This document shows, piece by piece, positions 39,605 to 50,930 of a stretch of 64,000 bases of DNA. The stretch is from Blasia pusilla (taxonomy: Eukaryota). The stretch is taken from positions 28,396,001-28,460,000 of the forward strand of contig CM114271.1 in assembly GCA_050084515.1 (NCBI GenBank), given 5' to 3'. The position numbers and the translations under genes were made by a program. A model generated the notes under the pieces. It saw only the letters and a program-made list of their open reading frames with translations. It was not told where the DNA came from and ran no database searches. Every line of letters begins with the position of its first letter. The first letter of the stretch is position 1.

Positions 39605-40090
39605 TGTCACGTCTTTTAGGATAGATCGGTGAGATCTAGTAGATTGCCTTTGTGAGTAGTGGAAGACAGGCTCAGTAGGTTGAGGACGACCTATTGAGGC
39701 CCCGTGAAACCTGAGAGAGTAGGTTTCCCCTTCGTTTCGGCTCATTTGGAGCCATATTGAGAAACTTGCTATTTCAGGTAAGTACCATTTTGAATATATA
39801 ATTGATTTTATATTTTTGATAAGTGGCCATTGACCTCCTACATCATGTCAAGAGCCAAGGAGCTGACTTGGGAGAATAGGTTACCATGGAGAGAGCTTGG
39901 GAGAGGGGAGGGGTACACTTCAAGGAGAGAGAGCTTGAGAGCTCATTCTCTCTTTGTTGAACCTCTTGGCATGAGGCGGCGAAGCTATGGTCCCTTGCCT
40001 TGTGAGTGTAATCCAAGCCTCTCATTAGGAGAGTGGGTTTTGTTTGACATGAGAGAGAGTGCATATCTTTGGGAGCTATGGTGTGAGATG
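39605..40090 (+). repeat. 5' terminal repeat A of Gypsy copy 2 (resumes at about 43614 after the LINE fragment)
   Basis: Direct repeat of 52661-53147. Confidence 0.9.
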
Positions 40091-43000
40091 ATCTAGATAA
40101 TGGGCCCCAAACTTGGGTCCCATATAAGACCACCGACAACATTAAGCTCATAAATAAGAATTTCCTAAGACCCCAAGACACAAGATGAGCTCTTCTACAT
40201 CGGTTTAAAAATGAATATAGAGCTTTGTAACCAGCTTCTACTCTCTTTTGCACGCAAAGTGCCCAACTATAATCATTAGAGAAATCGATGCCTAGATATT
40301 TATAACTCTTCACTTGTTCTAATTGTAGACCTTTGTAAAAGAACGAGAACTTGGATCTAGTATCCACTACAATGACTTTAGACTTCTCCATATTAACCTC
40401 CATCTGATTCTCGATATAAAACCTTGCCAAAATGTCAAAGTGTTGTTTTTAACTAATGCCATCACGTGCTAGTAATATGATATCATCTGCATACAAAAGA
40501 GCTTTGATGACAAAGTCCCCAAGCTTGACACCTTCAATATCACATTCCTCCAACCAATTTTAGATATCATTTATGAAAACTCCAAATAGAGTAAGGGAGA
40601 GAGGACAACCTTAAATGACTCCGATGGTACTCAAGATCTCTTGAGTTTGTGAACCTTTGATTTTGGCCCGAACGGAATAGGTTAACGTGGCCACGACTGC
40701 TAGGAGATTTGGTGGTACTCCAATGGCTTGCAGCCTTTCCCATAAGAGCTTACGAGGTACAGTATCAAAAGCTTTCTTGAAATCGATGAAGCCGCAAAAT
40801 AAAGCTTTTCCATTGCCCTTAGATTTCTCCCATAAAACACGCAAGGCCAAGATATGGTCGATGGTGTTGTATGTTGGGCAAAAACCAGCTTGGATCCGTG
40901 CTCTCTTTTGGAAAGACTCTCTCTATGCGCTCAACTTTGACTCCACAAATTTCCCTAACAACTTGGCAAAAACACTACCCACCATGATAGTGCGATAGTT
41001 TGTCAGCAAGTCCTTCCTTCCTGATTTGAGAATAGAAACAATCTCCCGTAGCGACCAGGTTGAAGGAAAACCATAGATAGAAGCATCACCCAATACTTTG
41101 GTGAGGATCGGTCCAATACAATCTCCTCCCCACTTGAAAAGTTCAATAGAAAGACCATCCAAATCCTCACATTTACCATTTGCTAATCTTCTTAGTTGGG
41201 TTATCACCTCTCCTTTAGAGAATAAGCCAGGTATTCCCTCACAACGTGGCATAGATGTAGCGTCGGGGAAGAAATAGATCTTTTCGGCAAAAGATACCAA
41301 AGACTTGGGATCAAGAGTAGGTTTTGAAGACCGTACTACTAACCATCTCCAAAATGATTTGGGGTCCTCGTGCAGCTCCCTTGTTAAGGACTCTTGCTTC
41401 CGCTACAAGAAAGCTCGTTTCTTAGATTTTACCAAGTCTTTGCAAAGGCTCGTCATAATAAACCGACTTTAGAGATCCAAAGATTTATCAACTGATCTTG
41501 CCATTGCTTGCTTGCATTCATAGTCAAACCACCCATTACAAGGCAACCTCCTAGCACTTCTATCCCTATGCCGCGAAAATAACTTAGATGTAGTGTTGTT
41601 GAGCAATTCGGTTAGTTGCAAACTTGCCGTGTGTGGATCTCCGCTCCATACAATGCGAGTCAAGAGTTCTTGTAAATGTAGCGTATAAAGATCATTTTTA
41701 CCAGGATTTAAGGTTAAAAAATGCTCTGTCAAAGGATTTGTAGAAAGATCTGAAGAGATTCTAGACCACAAAATATCCTCCTTTTCTTTGAGAAGAGGAG
41801 AAGTCAAGGAATCACTGAATTGGGTAAATTGAGCAGTACGGGTGCGAGCATTGAAATCCTCAACTAGAAAGACTTCACCTTTGCTTTGATATTTGAGAAC
41901 ATTCCCAATAAGTTAATGGAACGGTTGACTTAGATTGTAAGTGCGTGTTGAGTAGATAGGCATGGACAGTGGTGCAAAATAACAAACTGCCAAATAACAA
42001 TAAGATCCCCCAACCAAACCAAGATGTAGCCAATGATATTGGCCCCTGATATCTTGATCTTCTAGATGTATGAGAGATAGAAATTGAGACCTGATGAAAG
42101 GAGCAATACCACCATAATCCCTTCATGCCCGCATCGCGTAGATGAGCAATAAAACTTGCTTCTTGAGCCTCTTTGACCTTTGCAAGCTCCTTTCTCCTAG
42201 CTTCAACTTGTAGAGGTGTAAGATCAAAATCCAACCATATCCTCTGTCCTTTGAGAATGGCCTTGTTAGCCATGGCAATATCACGTTGAGTTTGATCAAC
42301 AAACTTAACTAGAATGGCACGAGGTTGTATTCCCGTTTCCCCAACACGGAAAGCTTGAGCCAAGTCCGGGTTATGAACATGAAGTGTATCAACCAAGAAC
42401 TTGGTGACAACACTCTTCACCTATTCGCTCTCTATTTTTGGCAAACCTGAGATTATCACATTCTTTCTACGGGCAATTTGGTTTTTCTTTTCTATCTCTT
42501 GCTCTTGACAGAAGAGATATGAGCAACCTTTGTAAGATTTCATTTTTTACTTCTAAAGTTTTAACAACCTTATGCAATCCAGGACTATAAGGAGTAGTCG
42601 CTAATGATGATGCCTTCTCTTGAACATCCGCAACAGATTTGGAAAGATCGAGCATCACACTAGAACTATCTTTCAACACTTTCTTGAAAACCTCTTGGGT
42701 TGCCTTTAATTCTCGGATTTGAATATGTGCAAGGTTTAATTAAGAAGTTTGTACCTTGAATTATTGTTGAAGCTCTTTCAATTTGTGCAAGACCACTTGC
42801 ACTAGATTCAAGATTTTGTCTTGAGTAGTCATCATGTAGTCGACTTCACTACATCCCAGATATTCCACGACCTCCAATAAAGTATAACCAAATCTCCAAC
42901 ACCATACAACTTATGCTCTAGAACGTACTTGAAATTCTTATAGCTATGACGCCTCTTGACACTCCACGTTGTCTCAAAATATTAGCTTCATATCACACTC

Positions 43001-43613
43001 CACCTTAAAGATATGGCCTCCGCAAGATTTAGATCTTAAATCGTAAAATCTAGAAGAGCAAAAACTCAAATCTCGCACAACTTCGTGTGTGTAATTGGGT
43101 TGTGCTTAAAATTTTCAGGGCTAGGATGCCTCTTTATATTCCATGTTTTCTCAAAATATCAGTTTCACATAACACTTCATCTTAAAGATATGGCCTGCGT
43201 AAGATTCAGATCTAAAATCCTCAAATCTAGAAGAGCAGAAATTCAAATCTCTCACAACTTCGTGTGTGTAATTCAATTGTGTTTGAAATTTTCAAAGCTA
43301 AGACAAATTCTTACATTGTAAGTTTACTCAAAATCTTAGCTTCATTTGACACTCCACCTCAAAGATATGGTCTCTGTAAGATTCGGATCTTAAATCCTCA
43401 AATCTAGAAGTGCATAATCGCAAATCTCTCACAACTTCGTGTGTGTAACTCCGTTGTGCTTGATATTTTCAGGGCTAGGACACTTCCTAATTCTCCACGT
43501 TTCTTCAAAATCTCAGCTTCATTTCACACTCCACCTCAAAGATTTAGCCTCTGCAATATTCAAATATGAAATCCTCAAATCTAGAAGAGCAGAAACTCAA
43601 ATCTCTCCTCAAA
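40091..43613 (-). mobile_element. Non-LTR retrotransposon (LINE) fragment: 5' tandem repeats, ORF1, partial APE endonuclease, RT; 3'-truncated
   Basis: ORF1-like RAILVKF...IWLDFDLT; EDFNAR endonuclease motif; NYRTI, QAGF, FIDFKKAFDTV, GCPLSP, YADD, YKYLG. Confidence 0.9.
42960..43613. repeat. Tandem repeat, period about 178 bp, about 3.7 copies, at the LINE 5' end
   Basis: Anchor (C/T)TCAAAAT recurs at about 42973, 43150, 43328 and 43504, with shared AAATCTAGAAG and ACAACTTCGTGTGTGTAA blocks. Confidence 0.9.
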
Positions 43614-45269
43614 TGTAGAGAGAGATTGGATCTTACTTTACAAAGAGATAATGAGAGAATTGAGAGAGTGAGAGACCTTCATGGGGGAGTTCGCTGGTCA
43701 TCTGTTTTTTTTCAGGTTGGTGACTGTGTTCCCTCTTCAGCGGCTCATGGGAGTGCTCACCAGGGCAAGGGCTGCTTTGATTGTTCTTTGCATTTGCCGA
43801 TTTTTCGTATGGAAGAATGGCACGCGGAAGCGGTGCCCAATTTCTGATAGGGATTGATTATGGGGGCGGGTTGCCCCATGCCAGTGCTCTCAAGAGCACC
43901 ATGCAGCTTATTGATTTGTATTTTTACAGGTTTTATATTTTGGTTGGGAGAAATCATCGCGGAAGCGCTCCCGAATTTTTTGTAGGAGAAAGAGACATTG
44001 GGCTTTACGACAGTCCCTATCAGTTTTTACTGGAATGTCCAATTCCAAATATTTTTTGACGTTGTCGTAGATCGTGAAGCTATGCACATTGTGCATCAAA
44101 CAAACTCCAATTTGGGGTTGCGAGTAAAAAGTTATGGTCAATCTTGCAAAACTGCCATTGCTAGGCGATTTTTAGTGTTAAATTGTTCAAACCCTAAACC
44201 AGCCGCCACGCCGTCATAATCACGGTCAACGGTCAACCGTCACCATCACCATCAACGGTCAACCATCACCATCAAAGGTCCACCATCCACGTCGCCGTTT
44301 CCGTCGCCCAACGTTGCTCAGAGCTGCATTTGGCCGTTTTCCACCCTTTGGTTGACATTGCCGCCATTACGAAGTGGAGGGTCTTTCACGACCACCGTTG
44401 ATTCTTTGACTTGCGCCGCCACCACGTACTTTGATTTGGCCGCCTCATCATCAAAGTTTCGTCATCAACCAGTGATGGTATATGATCTCCGATTATGGTG
44501 TTTGAGTTTTGATTTCATGCTACTATGTTGTGATTGATAGCCGCTCGACGAGGATCGAGTACCGTGCCATGACGCCTGTAGCCGCAACGCGCCGCAAATT
44601 TCCGCACCGTGCCGCTTGTGGCCGCACTGCACCATCTTGATTGCGGAGCCGCACCGTCATTGTGGAGCAGAGTATGGGTTTATTGTTGATTGAGGAGGGA
44701 ATGCCGCCGAGTGCCGTATCCCACCATCAAGGATCGTGCCATTTGGTGCCGCTTGCAACGCCGCACTATTCCGCTGGAACCGCACTGTCCATCAAGGAGT
44801 TTTAAGTAGTGTTGGTACGGGAGGAGTATGACTTGCTGATTGGAGGAGTTGACTCCACGACTGAGTTGGGATCAAGATTTGCAGTTGCTCAAGAGCAACT
44901 GCAAATTCTGGTCCTTTACCCTGTACTTGTGAGGGATTCTGGGATTTGGGTAGTTTATTTGGGGATATTGGGTGTGTGGATGCTGAGAGCATCATTTATG
45001 TATGTGTTTTAGGGGACATAGACCTGTATGGGGTGTCCAGAGTTGAGGGTAGGTTGTCGATGAGATGATAGTCTGGTCGATTTGCCGCACCACGCCGCTT
45101 GTTGCCGCACGTTACATGTCTCGGGGAGGGAGAGTGTAGATCGAGTGCCGCATGTTTGGGATGAGTGATTGAGGGATTACTCGCGAGGTTGAGAGTGATC
45201 TTGTGAGAGGGGCACGAGGGCCATCACAACCTCCTTTCAAGATTTTGAGAGCCGAGGTAGTGGACCTAA

Positions 45270-47400
45270 GAGTAGCTCCGGCGGGTTTACCCGGAGTGGT
45301 ACGAGGTTTCGAGGATCTCCACGTGAGAGACCATATCGATTTCCTTCTGTGTTGTCTTCAGACGAGGGAGAGCATGTAGAGGAGTTTGTGAGCACATCGC
45401 CACACATTGTGAGTGGTCCTACCAGTTGGGCGTATGAGATGGACGGTCGGGGTAGAGGACCGCGTAGGTTTTCAAGTGCAGTAGGCACGATTAAGTTGCA
45501 CGATTTCATAGCAAAGTTTAGGAGTTTGTGCGACTCCCTGCGGGCCAGGAACTCTACAGAGTTCAACTCGTTTATAGAATGGAACGGTATGTTCCAGTAT
45601 TTAGAGGGGCGCCCATGAACGATTACCATGAGTTCTCTCAGAGATATGCGCGTGAGATCAAGGCGTGGAGGCTCTACTATGACCCACATTATGTGTCATG
45701 GACAGAGCCATTCCCTGATGAGGAGGAGGAGTCAGGAGAGGCTACTTCCTCTTCCACTAGTGAAGTTTTAAGAGGGGTCACTTGCACGGGAGCTGTTGCA
45801 CCGTCTAGTTGGGTTCGTCCCATGTTGAACTCTGGGGTAGAGTTCTTTGCTGAGTTGAGGGCGAGCTACTAGGGGGTATGGACGGAGAGGTTGCGGAGCA
45901 TCCACGACTTCCACAGGCGCCCGCGTGAGATTTTGCATGAGGCTTACACTCGCTTGCGCTGGTTGATCAACATCACTTAGGAGATGACAAAGGCTTAGGC
46001 TATCCAGTCATGGTACGCGATGCTAGACCTGACCCTACGGACACGGGTGCGGGAAGGGGTGCTTCTTATGAACACCTCCCCTACGTTAATAGATGTTTTG
46101 AGGACCGCCGGGAACATTGAGCGCAACATGGCGGAGGAGAGCGTAGCCACCATGGGTTCTGGGTGAGAGCAGTCACGATTGTCTGCACTACCTGTGCAGC
46201 AACGTGGACTCGACTGTGGCACCACGAGCTCAGGGAGGATACGAGGAGGCCGTGCCACAGAGACCTGTGCCTTCATATGCGGCTCAGCAACAACCGCCTA
46301 CTATTACTTGTTGGTCATGTGGTGGAGCCTATCATCAGCACGATTGCACTCGTTACGGTCAAGGATGTGTGCCTCAGCATGGAGGAGGAGATGGTGATGC
46401 ACCAGGAGGTTATCAGTGTGACTATTGTTAGAGGTATGGTCATACACGCGCCAGGTGTTTTAGTTTACATCATGAGTTACGTTCAGGGTCGAGGGCCAAA
46501 GAGGGCACCAGAGCGAGTAGCCGGTCTAGGTGGGCCTAAAGATCGTGCACCAGGTGGTCCCATTGGGGGAAGAGGAGTTGGAGTTTCCCGACAGGATGGT
46601 GGAGTTGACCATGGAGGAGATAGAGTCCTACCACCTAGACGCGTCGAGGGAGATGCCAAGCGTGAGGCTAGGATGGCTTCTCAGATACATCAGCTATAGG
46701 AGTAGATTGCCGCTATGGCATTGAGAATACCCGATGCCGGATCCGTGGCATCGACATCATATGGAGCAGCCAGAGATATGGAGGATCCTGGTTGGATGTG
46801 CGGGGTTGCTCTGATAGAGGCAGCCGCAGAGTTGGATCCACATCGAGGGGAAGCCAGGAAAAAGACTAGGCTTTCTCAGTCTTTCACGTTGTCTGAGGCG
46901 TTGAGGACCCCTTCGATGGGTCTTGATCAGAGTTCCAGGAGAGTTGGTGATGTTGTTGGTATGTAGGCATAGAGGGCGATGGGAGAAGCGAGTGCAACGA
47001 CTCCTACTGTTGATGCTCAGGAGGGGCATGTGTCGAGCACGTTGTTAGGGGCGGCCACCATTGTGTACCGCGCTCCTTTATTTTTTGCTTTCGATGTTAT
47101 GACGTTGGGGGGTACGCCCGCCGAGGCTTTTTGGCTGCCTGCTACGCTATGTGAGCGTGGAGTTGGAGTTCTGCATCACGTTGAGAGGTGATTGCAGAGG
47201 AGGTGATGGACCTGCCCTTGGAGTGGATGCTCGGCTGTCCACGTCGGATTCATGGCAGGCTGCGGCTTCTAGGATGGCAGAGATGCCCGCTAGACCCGCG
47301 CTAGAACGTGCCATGGCTTCTCTTGGTGTTGTGTTGTTGGATAACCAAGGAAAGGTCTTCCAGTTGGTGAGTCTCGGAGGTAGAGCTTTTAGTCCGCAGC
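45270..47400 (+). pseudogene. Gypsy gag with two CCHC zinc knuckles (copy 2)
   Basis: CWSCGGAYHQHDC and CDYC*RYGHTRARC; fragmented ORFs homologous to copy 1. Confidence 0.75.
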
Positions 47401-47979
47401 AAGTATCACCCGACAGAAGGTCGTGGTGAGGATTTGCTCGGGACATCCTGCAGATGAGTCCGTGGTGCGAGCCAAGGCGATAGTGACTGATGTAGAGTCC
47501 TACGACGTCTTGGTTGGTGGAGCAGTGTTATACCTGATGGGGTTTTCCCTGGACTACTAGGAAGAGTCAGCGTCCTACAGACCATGATGGCAGTCAGGTG
47601 ATGGGTGCCTTAGCTCATTACCCATTCGATTCACATGTGCAATGATCGGCCACGAGAGATGGCGACCTTAGCATCATTTAGCAGTGCCATCACTTGGCCT
47701 AGTGATTTGATTGAGGGACATATCCATGCAGAGGATACTCCCATTCCTGAAACTTCTATGGAGAGGAGTGTTATGGAAGCCGCATCATTCTGTGGAGGAG
47801 AGGTGCCGCAGTGGGGCTCGACTGAGGAGCTTCGACAATTGGCAGATGAGCACGTGCAAACCGCATGGAGCGAGGCGTTTGCACCGGAGCATGACGGGTC
47901 TGAGGAACCCGAGGTAGCAGGGAGTCCTATGATGACACCCTTGGATACCACACCCATTGTGTGATGTACCTCGGAGGAG

Positions 47980-48920
47980 GGTATTTGAGTGTTAGATCTC
48001 TTTGGAGGGATTAGCACCGGGTTAGCTGTTGTTTCGCAGGCAGGAGTGCGAGTGCAACAATACCTGTATGTGGAGAGTGATCATGTTGCGAGGCGCGTCT
48101 CACTACGACATATGGCGCAATTACGCCTACATTTTCCCGACTTATTTTCTGCGTGTGCGGTAGAGAGGTACCAGAGTTCCCTACCAAGGGATATTTTGTT
48201 GCTGGGGGCGCAAGACTTAGACAAGTTAGGCACCATTGATTTGGTCATTGCCGGTTGGCCATGTCACGGCCAATCGAGTCCTGAACGAGGCAACGGGTTG
48301 GCTGACACTCGGTCCAGGTTGTTTTGGGAGATGTTGAGGGTCTTACGGCAGTTGCAGGAGCACCAGTCTTGTTCTCCAGCCTACAATATGGAGAATATAG
48401 CAATCTTAGGAGACTCCAGGTCATGGGTGGTGATGAGTGCTCATCAGGTGCGTGCCTGGATCGGCCCAGCAGTGTTCTTGGATGCGGCGAGTGTAGGTTC
48501 TAGAGCCCATCGCCCGCGTCTATGGTGGACCAACTTGGTGCCCCATGCGGTGTTACGGAGGGCGTATGCGAGAGTGGAGCGCCCCTCCCATTTGTTAGTG
48601 GATTCCATTATGGATCCAGGTCGTCGCTCACAGGTAGTGAGGAACAATGATCGACCACCGTTGACTGTGGTCAATAGGGTAGGCAAGTCGCAAGCAACCT
48701 TTCCCACGTTTGTGAGTTTTTCCGCTTCCTATGCATACAAGGAGGCCGGTCGTGGCTTGGTTTGGGATGATCATGTTCAGAGGTTGGTGGAGCCCAACGC
48801 CGACGAGAGAGAGCAGGCGATGGGATTTCCCACAGGAGTGACGGCAGTACCGAAAATATGAGAGGCATCACTACGCCATGTCTTGGGTCATGCGATGGAC
48901 CTTAACAGCTTGACATGGAT
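47980..48920 (+). pseudogene. DNMT3-like C5-cytosine DNA methyltransferase domain in Gypsy pol (copy 2; 290-aa open stretch)
   Basis: LDLFGGISTG (I), YLYVESD (II), DI (III), IDLVIAGWPC (IV, catalytic PC intact), SRLFWEMLR, MENI (VI), DAASVGSRAHRPRLWWTNL (VIII), EREQAMGFP (IX), VLGHAMD (X, after one stop). Confidence 0.92.
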
Positions 48921-49272
48921 CTTCAACTTGGGAGTGGCTGAGCAGCGTCCGATGAGATCGCGACAGATCACAGCAGTTGCGTTGGTGAGCCCCATGCCTA
49001 CCGAGACGGTGGAGGCAGTGGTTGGGGGTGAGATCCGAGGAGATCGACACACCATGGGAGATCGAGAGAGACATCCTTGGACTTCTTGGGATGTTTTGCA
49101 GGTAAGTCATCAGATGATAGCCACAGCATCGAGCGTGGTTCTCGGCACTGCATGTGGAGGAGACAAGAGTTTGCAGTTTGCTGCAAGAGAGCGCTCGAGT
49201 GTTGTTGTTCGAGACAGGGTTGCACCATAGCAACCACCGATATCCACGCCGGAGAGTCCTACCGTAGTCACA

Positions 49273-50750
49273 ATGGAGACTTGGGAGCCAAATATGGGCC
49301 CTAAGTTGACAGGAGGAGAGCGGCGCCAAATACATCACTTCCTTAGGAGTTATAGGAGCTGCTTTGGGTTTAGCATGGAGGATTTGGGTATGCTGAAGGG
49401 ACCGGGGATCCGCATGGAGTTGTCGAGTAATACGCCGATCTTCCGACGACCCTACAGGTATAGTGATATGGAGAGGGCTTTGATTCAGAGTAGGAGCCAG
49501 GACTTGGTTGGAGTAGGACTAGGGGAGATGTCGCATGGGGAGTATGCATCTGCCACTGTCATGCCCGCCAAGAAGGATGTGCGTGGCAACTGGACGGATA
49601 GGCGGATGTGTGGGGATTACCGACCTATCAATCGGCAGACGAAGTCCGATAGGTATACCATGCCCACCCCTGAAGAGATCTTTCATGCGATTGGTCATGC
49701 AAAGGTTTTCAGTTCATTGGATTTGCAAGCCGGATACCATCAGCTGCCTATCAGATTGGAGGACATGAAGAAGACGAAATTTTGGGGCATTTATCCTCAC
49801 GGGAACGATTGTTTGTACTAGTGGGGGTTCTTACCATTTGGGTTAAAGAATGCCCCAGCTAAGTTTCAGAGGGTCATGCATAGGATCTTGGCTGTTCTGG
49901 ATTTTGCTAGGTGTTATATTGATGACATCATAGTCTTTAGCGCCACGATTGAGGAGCATGAGCGACATCTAGAGGAGGTGTTTCGACGATTGCAATTACA
50001 TGGGCTAAAGCTACATCCAGGCAAGTGCAAGTTCTTCTACGACCATATTGAGTACTTGGGTCATACAATATACCCGGGGGCCCTTGGTGTTCAGCAAACA
50101 AAGGTACAGCCTATCTCACGCATTCCACGGCCTACAGATCTGATCCGTGTTCGCGCATTCATGGGATGGCCAAACTTCTATCGGCGGTACATCAAGGGAT
50201 TCAGTTCGATTGCGAAGCCGCTGACCTTGCTGACCAAGATGGATCACGAGTGGCATTGGGGGGATGAGCAGGAGCGAGCATTTCAGTTGCTCAAGGACAG
50301 GTTGATGTCCATGCCTATCTTGAGGAGACCAATCAGGGGGCGTCCTTTCAAGTTCCACACAAATTGGAGCATGTTGGGGCTTGGTGCGGTGCTCACCCAA
50401 CATGATGATGAGGGTAGAGAGTTTGTGGTGGCTTATGCTAGCCGCTCAAACAATGCTGCAGAGGCAAAGTATAGCTCGTATGCGGATGAGTGCTTGGCTA
50501 TGGTGTGGGTTGTCGCGCATTTCAGGTGTTACTTATTCGGCAATCCCTTTACCATGATCACTGATCATCAACCACTGAAGTGGTTGATATAGTCCGACAA
50601 GCTTACGGGGAAGCTTGCGAGATGGGCTCTGTTGTTGCAGGAGTATGATTTTCATGTGGTACATAGACCTGGGATGCTCAACCAGGATGCAGATGGATTG
50701 AGTCATAACCCATGCCCGATTCAACGAGATATGATTGGAGCTCGATAGCA
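49273..50750 (+). pseudogene. Gypsy RT and RNase H (copy 2)
   Basis: RMCGDYRPIN, LDLQAGYHQ, CYIDDII, YLGH, VVAYASR, ITDHQPLKWL. Confidence 0.95.
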
Positions 50751-50930
50751 TAGAGAGAGTGATGAGGAGTTAGTGCCACGATGGCATACGTAAGCCTATT
50801 TAGGCATGTTGGCTATGGAGAGCCAGAGTGTGGAGACTTCGATGGCGAGGTCTAGCGGAGAGTCCTTGGATCCCGAGGCTAGTGAGGAGACGACAGATGG
50901 CTGAGATATATTCATGATGATGGAGTAGTC

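Noticed and set aside
42960-43613. CRISPR array
   Set aside because: Whole units of about 178 bp are repeated with no unique spacers; eukaryotic context and no cas genes.
47989-48861. Bacterial restriction-modification methyltransferase, contamination, or a host DNMT3/DRM gene
   Set aside because: Intronless, in frame with Gypsy RT, present at the same position in two TE copies, with no cognate endonuclease or host N-terminal domains nearby.
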